The notes under the pieces: generated by a model | The model's input: the letters and a program-made list of their open reading frames with translations, nothing else | Databases searched by the model: none | What the model was told of the DNA's origin: nothing | Assembly (NCBI GenBank): GCA_040218735.1 | Contig: JAVJQW010000057.1 | Span: forward strand, 64,001-128,000 | From: Deltaproteobacteria bacterium | GTDB lineage: Bacteria > Myxococcota > Kuafuiibacteriia > Kuafuiibacteriales > Kuafuiibacteriaceae | Length of the DNA: 64,000 bases | Direction of reading: 5' to 3' | Position numbers and translations under genes: made by a program | Part shown: positions 38,999-46,845 of the stretch, in pieces | How the letters are laid out: every line of letters begins with the position of its first letter | How positions within the stretch are numbered: the stretch's first letter is position 1

Positions 38999-41185
38999 AT
39001 GAAGCCATCGATCCGCGGGTTCCTCGCGTGGGCGATGGCTCGCGCGATCGAGCGACCCGGCCTCGCGTTCGCGGGGCTCGCGGGGATCATCGTCCAGGTC
39101 GCGTGCTCCCTCGCGATGCCGCTGACGATGGAGTACCTGATCGACGACGTCATCCCGACGCAGGACTACGGGGCGCTCGCCGTCGCCGTGGGGATCGTCG
39201 CCGCCGCCACCCTCTCCTACTTCCTCGGCGGCCTCACCGTGGACTACACGACCTCGCGCCTCGCGGCGGCGATCGTTGGTGATGTCCGCCTGACGATGTT
39301 CCGCCGGGTGCAGACCGCGCCGGCGTCGTTCTTCGCGACGCACAGCGAAGGGGAGATCGTCACCCGCTTCGGCACCGACGCGATCACGATCGAGACCACG
39401 ATCATCCGCGCCCTCCCCGTCGCGATTCGCCGGTTCCTGAAGATCATCTGCGCCGGCGTGATCCTCTTCTCGATGGAGTGGCGCGTCGCGCTCCTAGTGT
39501 TCGCCGCGCTCCCGTTCACCATCCTCTTGTCGCGCCCGTTCGGGAAACGCGGCACCGCCGCCGACATCGAGCGCAAGGACGGCGAAGGCGAAGTCACGAA
39601 GCTCGTGCAAGAGAGCTTCGCTTCCCACATGGTCGTGCGCGCGTTCGAGCTCGAGGCGCACCTGGCGGATCGCTTCGGCGCCGCGCTCGAACACGTGCGC
39701 GCGACGAGCGCGCGGAGCAACATGCTCTACGCGACGACCGGGTCCGTCAGCTCCCTCGGCATCGCGGTCCTCGAGCTCGCGGTGATGGGGACGGGCGCGC
39801 TGGTCGTGGTCGGAGGCGGCATGACCGTCGGGCTCCTCGTCGCGTTCCTCGGACTGTTCCGCAACGTCTCGGCGGCCGCGCGCGGGCTGACCGAGATGAT
39901 GCCCACGCTCCTCAACGGGGCGACGAGCCTCGCGCGCACGTCGGACCTCCTCGCGCTCGTTCCCCCGGGCGTCGACGAGGGCGGAACGAAGCCGCTCGGC
40001 CCGCTCGCGAACGCCATCCGCTTCGAACGCGTGGACTTCGCATACGCGACGAGCAACGCCAGCGGTTCGAGCCCGCTCACCCTCGCCGGCGTCGAGCTGG
40101 AGCTCCCGGCCAAACGGCGCGTCGCTTTCGTGGGGCGCTCCGGGTCCGGCAAGTCGACGACGCTGTCGCTGTTGATGCGGCTGCAGGCGCCGACCGCCGG
40201 CCGCATCACGTACGACGGCGTCGACCTCGACGAAGCGCGCCCCTCCAGCCTCCGCGCGCAGACCGCGGTGGTCCTCCAGGACACCGGGCTGTTCGACGCG
40301 ACCATCCGCGAGAACATCCGGTGCGGTCGGCTCGACGCCGACACCGAGGCGATCGAACGTGCGGCGAAGCGCGCGCGCATCCACGACGTCATCGAGAGCT
40401 TCGAAGACGGCTACGACACGATCGTCGGCGCGCGTGGCGCACGACTCTCCGGCGGACAACGCCAACGTGTCGCCATCGCGCGCGCGCTCGTGCGTGACCC
40501 CTCGCTCCTCCTCCTCGACGAGGCGACCTCCGCGCTCGACCCCGCCGCGGAGGCCGAGGTGAACGACACCATCCGCGACGCGTGCGACGGCCAGACCGTG
40601 GTCGCCGTGACCCACCGTCTCAACTCGGTCGTCGACTACGACCTGATCGTGGTCTTCGACGGCGGGCGCGTCGTCGAGCGCGGCACACACCAGGAGCTCC
40701 TCGAATCCGGCGGCGTCTACGCGGACCTGTGGCAGAAACAGAGCGGCTTCGTCGTCAAACCCGACGGCAGCGACGCGCGCGTCAGCGCAGAGCGCCTGGA
40801 GCTGATCCCCTTCCTCGCGTCGGCGCCGCTGGAGGCGCTCCAGATCCTCGCCGACGATCTCCGCACCGCGCGCTTCGCTGCCGGCGAGGTCGTGTTCGAG
40901 GCCGGCGACCCCGGCGACCGCTTCTTCCTCATCGCGCGCGGACGCCTGGAGGCCTACCTGGGCGAAGGCGACGAAGCGCGCATCCTCAGCGTCATGGAGG
41001 ACGGTGACTTCTTCGGCGAGATCGCGCTCGTCGAAGCCGGCGTGCGCACCGCATCGGTGCGCGCGGTGACCGACAGCCTGTGCCTCACGCTCACGCGCGC
41101 GAAATTCGAGCGCCTCCTCGCCGAGCACCCGGCGCTGTCGCGTGAGGTGCTTCAGACCGCGCAGCGGCGACTCGCCAACGGGTAG
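38999..41185 (+). CDS. ABC exporter (TMD plus NBD) fused to a C-terminal cyclic-nucleotide-binding domain
   Basis: TM domain; Walker A GRSGSGKST, LSGGQRQR, LLLDEATSALD; C-terminal GDPGDRFFLI...FGEIAL...RTASVRA. Confidence 0.92.
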   Translation: MKPSIRGFLAWAMARAIERPGLAFAGLAGIIVQVACSLAMPLTMEYLIDDVIPTQDYGALAVAVGIVAAATLSYFLGGLTVDYTTSRLAAAIVGDVRLTMFRRVQTAPASFFATHSEGEIVTRFGTDAITIETTIIRALPVAIRRFLKIICAGVILFSMEWRVALLVFAALPFTILLSRPFGKRGTAADIERKDGEGEVTKLVQESFASHMVVRAFELEAHLADRFGAALEHVRATSARSNMLYATTGSVSSLGIAVLELAVMGTGALVVVGGGMTVGLLVAFLGLFRNVSAAARGLTEMMPTLLNGATSLARTSDLLALVPPGVDEGGTKPLGPLANAIRFERVDFAYATSNASGSSPLTLAGVELELPAKRRVAFVGRSGSGKSTTLSLLMRLQAPTAGRITYDGVDLDEARPSSLRAQTAVVLQDTGLFDATIRENIRCGRLDADTEAIERAAKRARIHDVIESFEDGYDTIVGARGARLSGGQRQRVAIARALVRDPSLLLLDEATSALDPAAEAEVNDTIRDACDGQTVVAVTHRLNSVVDYDLIVVFDGGRVVERGTHQELLESGGVYADLWQKQSGFVVKPDGSDARVSAERLELIPFLASAPLEALQILADDLRTARFAAGEVVFEAGDPGDRFFLIARGRLEAYLGEGDEARILSVMEDGDFFGEIALVEAGVRTASVRAVTDSLCLTLTRAKFERLLAEHPALSREVLQTAQRRLANG

Positions 41186-41191
41186 GAGGGA

Positions 41192-41677
41192 TCAGCGCCG
41201 GAGCGCGGCGCGGATCTCGGCTTCGCTCGCCTGCAGCGACAGCGAGAGCAGGACGCCGTTGAGGCGCTGAACGTCCTTCGCGAGCTGACGCGCGACCGCG
41301 AGCTGGAACCGTCGCGACGCGGGGACACCGCTCTTCGCGAGGATGTCGAAAGCCGCCTTGCGGAGCGTGGCCGCGCGGACCGGCTCCATCGCGGTGCAGG
41401 TCGCCGTGCGGCGGCCGCCGTCGATGAGCGAGACCAACCCGAACAGCTGCCCGGGCCCGAGCTCGCCGAGGCGATCGACGCTGTCGCCTCGGCGCTGCGT
41501 GACCGCGACGCGGCCGGAGAGGATCAGGTACGCCTCGTGGCCCTTGTCGCCCTCCTCGGAGAAGACGTGGCCGGCGGGGTGGTTCGCGACCTCGAGGAGC
41601 GGCGCGAGCGCCGAGAGCTCCTCGGTCGAGAAGTCGGCGAGCAGCTCGCTCGCGACGAGCAGATCGTAGTCCTTCAC
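41192..41677 (-). CDS. Stand-alone cyclic-nucleotide-binding domain protein
   Basis: GTGA overlap with the upstream stop; EGDKG..AYLILSGRV...GQLFGLVSLIDGGRRTATC; no HTH. Confidence 0.85.
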   Translation of the reverse strand: MKDYDLLVASELLADFSTEELSALAPLLEVANHPAGHVFSEEGDKGHEAYLILSGRVAVTQRRGDSVDRLGELGPGQLFGLVSLIDGGRRTATCTAMEPVRAATLRKAAFDILAKSGVPASRRFQLAVARQLAKDVQRLNGVLLSLSLQASEAEIRAALRR

Positions 41678-42204
41678 GACGACGCGCCTCCCAGGAGCCG
41701 ACCGAACAGGCGGGTGACCCAGCCTTCGGACGGCGCTTCGTCGGCGGGCGCCTCGACGTGCACGGCGCCGTCTTCGCCCACGCCGAGCGTCGGCAGCCGC
41801 GCGGTGCGCAGGCGCGCCGCGAGCCGGGCGGAGAGCCCGGTGAGGAGCGCCGAGGCGGCGACGGGGTTGTCGGTCATCAGCGCTTCGAGGCCCGCGGCGT
41901 CGAGGGTCCACAGCGCGGTGTCGGCTTCGGCGGTGAGCGTCGTCGTCGACGGTCCGGGCTGCAGCAAGTCGACCTCGCCGACCCAGTCGCCCGGCTCGAC
42001 CGGCGGGAGCACGACGGTGCGCCCCTCCCGCTCGAGCGAGACCGTGAGCCGCCCGGACTCCACGAGGCACAGCATCGACGTGTCGGCGTTCGCGGCGACG
42101 ACCACCGCGCCCGCGGCGAAGGTCTGGCGCGTCAGGCTCGCCGCGACGGCGTCACGCTCGGCGCCGCTCGCGTTCGGCAACAGACGGTCGAGCTGCACGC
42201 TCAT
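41674..42204 (-). CDS. Stand-alone cyclic-nucleotide-binding domain protein (degenerate phosphate-binding cassette)
   Basis: LCLVESGRL...PGDWVGEVDLLQPGPSTTTLTA; conserved Arg missing; no HTH. Confidence 0.8.
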   Translation of the reverse strand: MSVQLDRLLPNASGAERDAVAASLTRQTFAAGAVVVAANADTSMLCLVESGRLTVSLEREGRTVVLPPVEPGDWVGEVDLLQPGPSTTTLTAEADTALWTLDAAGLEALMTDNPVAASALLTGLSARLAARLRTARLPTLGVGEDGAVHVEAPADEAPSEGWVTRLFGRLLGGASS

Positions 42205-42238
42205 CGGCGGCGACCCTAGTACAGTTGGTCGGCATCGG

Positions 42239-43003
42239 CTACAGCGCGAAGCGCTGGCCGGGGCGCGCGAAGCCGAGGAAGCCGTCCGCCGCGGCGTCCG
42301 GCAACGCGCCGGGTGGATAGCCGTACAGCCAAGTCTTCGCGCGCACGTTCTTGGGGAGCTCTTCGACGAGCGTCGCGTACGTAGGGTGCGCCCCGGTCGG
42401 AGGCCCGCTCGTCTCGCAGTCGTGGAGCACGACGTCAGCCGTGTCGAACGCATCGTGCCACGCGTAGACGGTGTCGGTGGTGAGGAACACGGAGCGCTCG
42501 GCGCCGGTGATGAACAGCCCGTAGCTCGTGATCGTCCCCGCCGAGCCGATGATGTGCGGCGTCGGCACGAGCGACAGCTCGACGCCGTCCCACGTGAACG
42601 ACCCGCGCTCCGCGAGCGGCGCGAGCTCGAAGTACGTCGACAGCGTGCCCTCGGCGCCCACGGTGTGGCGCATGCCGCCGGACAGCACGTTGTTCCACAT
42701 CGGCTCGATGAGCGGTTCGGCCGCGAAGAGTGTGAGGCGCGGCGCCGAAGGATCGAAGTGCGTCGTGAAGCCGAGCCACTCGAGCCCGCCCGCGTGGTCC
42801 GCGTGAAGGTGGCTGATGTAGACCGCTTCGAGATCACGCGCGTGGACGCCGCGCACGAAGAGCGCGCGCCGGACGTCGCCGCCGCAGTCGACGAGGAGCC
42901 GCCGCCCGCTCGCGCCGGTGAGGAGGAGGTTCGACTGGTAGTTGTCGGGGTCCGTGGTGAACGCGGAGCCGGTACCGAGGAACTCGAGCGTCGGTGAGGT
43001 CAT
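42239..43003 (-). CDS. MBL-fold metallohydrolase, Apyc1-like cyclic nucleotide phosphodiesterase
   Basis: FLGTGSAF, LLVDCG, SHLHADHAGGLE, TPH, SYGL, TTD, HDCET, GAH; ATGA overlap with the cyclase stop. Confidence 0.85.
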   Translation of the reverse strand: MTSPTLEFLGTGSAFTTDPDNYQSNLLLTGASGRRLLVDCGGDVRRALFVRGVHARDLEAVYISHLHADHAGGLEWLGFTTHFDPSAPRLTLFAAEPLIEPMWNNVLSGGMRHTVGAEGTLSTYFELAPLAERGSFTWDGVELSLVPTPHIIGSAGTITSYGLFITGAERSVFLTTDTVYAWHDAFDTADVVLHDCETSGPPTGAHPTYATLVEELPKNVRAKTWLYGYPPGALPDAAADGFLGFARPGQRFAL

Positions 43004-44697
43004 TTGGTCTCCAGCTTCAGTACGGCCGGCGCCGTCGGATCCGTCTTTGCGCGTTCGACGTTCCGGGCGAGGAGACGCGACGGACCGTCATGGTCGGGCA
43101 ACGTCTCCAATACACGCTCTGCCTCCGCATAGTCTCCCGCTCCGAACGCATCGATCGCCGTTTCGTAGAGATCCCGCGTCGGTCCCCACTCCGCGGCCGA
43201 CCGCAGCTCGTACAGCTCGATCGGATCGTCGACCCCCACCACCTGCGTCGCGCCGACGTGACGCGTCGAAAGCTCCGTCACCGACGCGTAGAGCGTCGCC
43301 TGCGACAACAGGATCGCGACCCCCGCGTGTTTCGTCGCGCCCTCGATCCGGCTCGCGAGGTTCACCGTGTGCCCGCGCGGCCCATACTTCTGACGCATCT
43401 TGCTCCCGGCGTTGCCCACGAGCGCGGACCCCGTGTGGAGGCCGACGCCGATCGACAGCGGCGTGCCGATTCGATCGCGCCAGGTCGTGTCGAGCGCCGC
43501 GACGTCGTCGACCATCGCGAGCGCGGCGTGGCAGGCCCGCCCCGCCGGGTCGTCCTGGGGGAGCGGCGCGTTCCACATCGCGGCCATGCCGTCGCCGTAG
43601 TAATCGATCACCACGCCGCCCGCCTCGTGCACGCGCGCGGTGAGCGCGTCCATCACCTCGCCGACGAGCGCGAAGATCTGCGTGGGGTCGAGCCGCTCGG
43701 ACAGACGCGTGAAGCCGCGGAGGTCCGTGAACAGGACGGTGATGGTGCGCTCCGCCGGCTCGAGCATCGTGGGGTCGCGCTCGAGCTCGCGGACCAGCTT
43801 CGGCGAGAAGACCCGCTCGAACTGCACGCGCAGCCGCCCGGCCTCCGCTTCGCGTTCCATGCGCGCGAGCCCCGCGGACACCGCCGCCGCGAGGACCTGG
43901 ACGACCTGCGCTTCGAGCGGCTCGACCGCCGGCAGGTGCACCCCCGGCTTTCGATCGCGCGCACCGAAGACCGCACCGATCGGCTCACCGCCCGCGCCGA
44001 AGATCGGAGACGCGACGAACGCGTCGACCGCGACGAGGCTCGCCGCCGCTTGGTTCGGCCGGTGGTAGACGGTCTGCTGCGTGCGGAGCACTTCGTTCAG
44101 GACGGTCTGGCTGAAGGCTTCACCGGACGCACCGTCGGCGGCGTGCGCGGCGGCGACCTTCCACGCACCGTCGTCCTGGAGCAGGACCAGCCCGCGGTCG
44201 AGGCCGATCAGATCGACGATCGCGCGTGCCGTCTCGGCGTAGAACGCCGCCGACCCCGCCGCCGCGCGCTGCACCGACAGCAACGTCTGGAACCACTCCG
44301 CGAGGCGCTCCACGGTCGGCGCGCGTTCGAGGGTCTTCGGCGACGCCGCGCGCACGATCGTCCGCAGCACCATCGAACCCTCGGACTGTTCCGGCAGCTC
44401 GGTCGCGTAGATCTCGATCTTCGTGCCGCCCGCGAGCACGGTGGCGGGGAGCGCGAACGTCCCGCTCTCGCCGGTCGCGAGCGCGCCCTGCGCTTCGATC
44501 GTCAGGGTTGCGCCGTGATTGGTGAGGCGGACGCCACCTTCCGCTTCTTCGACGGTGAGCTGCACGCGCGAAACACGCGGATCACGCACGACGAAACAAC
44601 GACCCGCACCGACGGGAGCGCGCCCCAGGAGGAGGGGCCCGTCGTCGTGGCGGAACGTCTGGACCTGCTCGACGTTGCTGACGGTCAGCTCCAGCAC
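43000..44697 (-). CDS. FHA-GAF-class III nucleotidyl cyclase
   Basis: FHA-like GR...SRVQ; GAF (FSQTVL, ASPIF); cyclase FTDLRGFT, YYGDG, GLHTG, GHTVNLASRIE. Confidence 0.93.
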   Translation of the reverse strand: MLELTVSNVEQVQTFRHDDGPLLLGRAPVGAGRCFVVRDPRVSRVQLTVEEAEGGVRLTNHGATLTIEAQGALATGESGTFALPATVLAGGTKIEIYATELPEQSEGSMVLRTIVRAASPKTLERAPTVERLAEWFQTLLSVQRAAAGSAAFYAETARAIVDLIGLDRGLVLLQDDGAWKVAAAHAADGASGEAFSQTVLNEVLRTQQTVYHRPNQAAASLVAVDAFVASPIFGAGGEPIGAVFGARDRKPGVHLPAVEPLEAQVVQVLAAAVSAGLARMEREAEAGRLRVQFERVFSPKLVRELERDPTMLEPAERTITVLFTDLRGFTRLSERLDPTQIFALVGEVMDALTARVHEAGGVVIDYYGDGMAAMWNAPLPQDDPAGRACHAALAMVDDVAALDTTWRDRIGTPLSIGVGLHTGSALVGNAGSKMRQKYGPRGHTVNLASRIEGATKHAGVAILLSQATLYASVTELSTRHVGATQVVGVDDPIELYELRSAAEWGPTRDLYETAIDAFGAGDYAEAERVLETLPDHDGPSRLLARNVERAKTDPTAPAVLKLETK

Positions 44698-44826
44698 ACT
44701 TCAGACCTACTGCGGCGGGCCCTCGCGCGCAAAGTGCGCCTGATTCCGTACTTCGGCGGGGCAGGTGCGTTTTTAGGCGCCAAAAAATGGCGGCTTCCCC
44801 CGAACGACGCTACGACGCCCGGCGTC

Positions 44827-45213
44827 ATGAATGGACTCGAGACGAACGGACTGCCGCTCCTCGTCGGCGCGGCCCTGCTTCTCGCCTGGGCAGCCACGGC
44901 GATCTTCGTGACGCGGACGTCCTCGCTGCGAACGAGCGCGCGTTACCTGCACGCGGTGCTGAGCTTCCCCGTCGCGCTGCTGCTCCTCCCGCTGGTCGCG
45001 TGGGGCGCGGCGACGATCGCGCCGCACCTGGAGCCGATGCTCCTCGCGCAGCCCGCGTTGATCGCGTCGATGTCGGTCGGCGGCCGCTCCTTCCTCACGG
45101 AGACCCTCGCCATCGGCCTCGCCGGCGCGCTCCCGGCGCTCCTCTTCTGGCGCTACTGCCGCTTCATCGAACACCGCGAGGCGCGCACGCTCGAACGGCT
45201 CCGCACCGAGTAG
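44827..45213 (+). CDS. Small membrane protein
   Basis: About 3 TM helices; divergent from the cyclase. Confidence 0.65.
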   Translation: MNGLETNGLPLLVGAALLLAWAATAIFVTRTSSLRTSARYLHAVLSFPVALLLLPLVAWGAATIAPHLEPMLLAQPALIASMSVGGRSFLTETLAIGLAGALPALLFWRYCRFIEHREARTLERLRTE

Positions 45214-45338
45214 CGCGTTCGAAAAGTCCGAACGAAACTCCGAAAATCGGACGCCGCATTCGGTTTTCGGACGAACGCCCGCACGCAGGGCGAAAACCTG
45301 CGGATGTCGTTGGCCCGTCGCGTGCTCTTACGCCGGGC

Positions 45339-45770
45339 ATGATGAACCTCGATTCGTTTTCCGCTCGCCCGCCGCGCGATCGTGATGTGTTTGCAAAAGC
45401 ACACCTCGATCGCCTCGCGGGGGAGTTCATCCGCACCACCCTTCAACGCCTGCCGGGGACACGCGAAGGCACCGTCATGTCGCCCGGCCCCAAACCCTAC
45501 CGACGCCTCGACTGCGACGGGCGGGCCCTCGTCTACATTCGGTCGCGGCCGCGCAAGGGCGCGGTGCGCGTCGACGTCTCCGGGCTGTGGGCCGTCCCGC
45601 GCACGCACCCGCTGTGGAGCGCGACGGCGAGCGGGAGCGCCACGCTGTTCCTCGAACGTAAGGAGGACCTCGCCGGCGCGGTCGAGTTCCTCGGGCAAGC
45701 GATACGCATGACCCGAGAGGCGGAGGCGGCACAACGCGCCCGCAAGAGACACGTGCGCGCGGTGGAGTGA
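45339..45770 (+). CDS. Hypothetical protein
   Basis: About 143 aa ORF with a globular alpha/beta pattern (YRRLDCDGRALVYIRSRP). Confidence 0.65.
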   Translation: MMNLDSFSARPPRDRDVFAKAHLDRLAGEFIRTTLQRLPGTREGTVMSPGPKPYRRLDCDGRALVYIRSRPRKGAVRVDVSGLWAVPRTHPLWSATASGSATLFLERKEDLAGAVEFLGQAIRMTREAEAAQRARKRHVRAVE

Positions 45771-45791
45771 CGGTGCGTTCGATTCCGTCCG

Positions 45792-45814
45792 CCGCGCCGG
45801 TTCGCCCGGCGCGG
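45792..45814 (+). terminator. GC-rich hairpin downstream of the 45339-45770 gene
   Basis: ccgcgccgg-ttcgc-ccggcgcgg; no clear U-tract. Confidence 0.3.
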
Positions 45815-45869
45815 TGTGCGGGCGAACGTTCCCTTGACCGGTCACGCACCGGGCGAAAGAACACGCGCC

Positions 45870-46841
45870 GTGGGCGCGGACCTCATCACGGGCGCGAGCG
45901 GCTTCATCGGGCGGCACCTCAAGGGGACCTTGCTCGAAGGGGGCCGCGACGTCGTCGCGATCTGCCGTCCCTCGTCGCCCGAGCCCGAGGCCGGCCGGTC
46001 GGTGCGGGTCGACTACGCCGACGTGGACGCGCTGACGGAGGTGATGAAGACCGAGCGACCGGAGCGGATCTTCCACGTCGCGGGCGCGACGAAGGGCGTC
46101 ACCTACGACGACTTCCGGCGCGCCAACGTGATGCCGACCGAGAACCTCGTCGCGGCGCTCGCGCGCGCCGAGCACACGCCGCGGCGCTTCGTGCTGGTTT
46201 CTTCGCTCGCCGCGTACGGCCCCTCGTCGGAGGAACGCCCGAAGCAAGAGTCGGACGAACCCACGCCGATCGAGCACTACGGCAAGAGCAAGCTCGAAGC
46301 CGAGCAGGTCCTGGCTGCGGCGAACATCCCGTACACGATCCTCCGCCCGGGCGGCGTCTACGGCCCGGGCGACGTCGACTACTTCGAGCTGTTCAAGCAG
46401 GCCGAGAAGGGCTGGTCGGTGTTCTTCGGCAACCGCGACCGCTGGTTCTCGGGGGTGTACGTCGACGACCTCGTGGAGGCGACGCTCGTCGCGGCGGACC
46501 ACGACAAGGCCGTCGACCGCGGCTACTTCATCTGCGACGGCGTCCCGATCACCTGGCAGTCGTTCCAGCGCACGATCTCGGAGGTCAGCGGCAAGAAGGT
46601 CCGCGAGCTCGACCTCCCCGAGGCGCTCGTCTCGATCGCCGCGTGGGGCGGCGAGCTGCTGTCGTCGATCGACAAGAAGCCGCGCCTCTTCAACCGACAG
46701 AAGGCCTTGATGGGCAAACAGATCGCGTGGACCTGCACGCACAAACGCGCGCGCGAGGACTTCGGCTACGTGCCGAAGGTCGACGTCGAAGCGGGCGCAC
46801 GCCTCGCCCTCGATTGGTACCGCGACAACGGATGGGTTTGA
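45870..46841 (+). CDS. NAD-dependent epimerase/dehydratase (extended SDR; candidate ceramide reductase CerR)
   Basis: ITGASGFIG, VSSLAA, YGKSK, RPGGVYGPGD. Confidence 0.85.
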   Translation: MGADLITGASGFIGRHLKGTLLEGGRDVVAICRPSSPEPEAGRSVRVDYADVDALTEVMKTERPERIFHVAGATKGVTYDDFRRANVMPTENLVAALARAEHTPRRFVLVSSLAAYGPSSEERPKQESDEPTPIEHYGKSKLEAEQVLAAANIPYTILRPGGVYGPGDVDYFELFKQAEKGWSVFFGNRDRWFSGVYVDDLVEATLVAADHDKAVDRGYFICDGVPITWQSFQRTISEVSGKKVRELDLPEALVSIAAWGGELLSSIDKKPRLFNRQKALMGKQIAWTCTHKRAREDFGYVPKVDVEAGARLALDWYRDNGWV

Positions 46842-46845
46842 ACGA

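Noticed and set aside
41192-44697. Calling the cyclase operon a canonical Pycsar defence system
   Set aside because: No TM or TIR effector fused to the cNMP domains; the cyclase has FHA-GAF sensors and a coupled phosphodiesterase; no defence-island context. Kept as a novel signalling module instead.
45281-45310. cacgcagggcgaaaacc resembling the start of a c-di-GMP-I riboswitch
   Set aside because: The GACGCAAAGC segment and second stem are absent; the similarity is too short.
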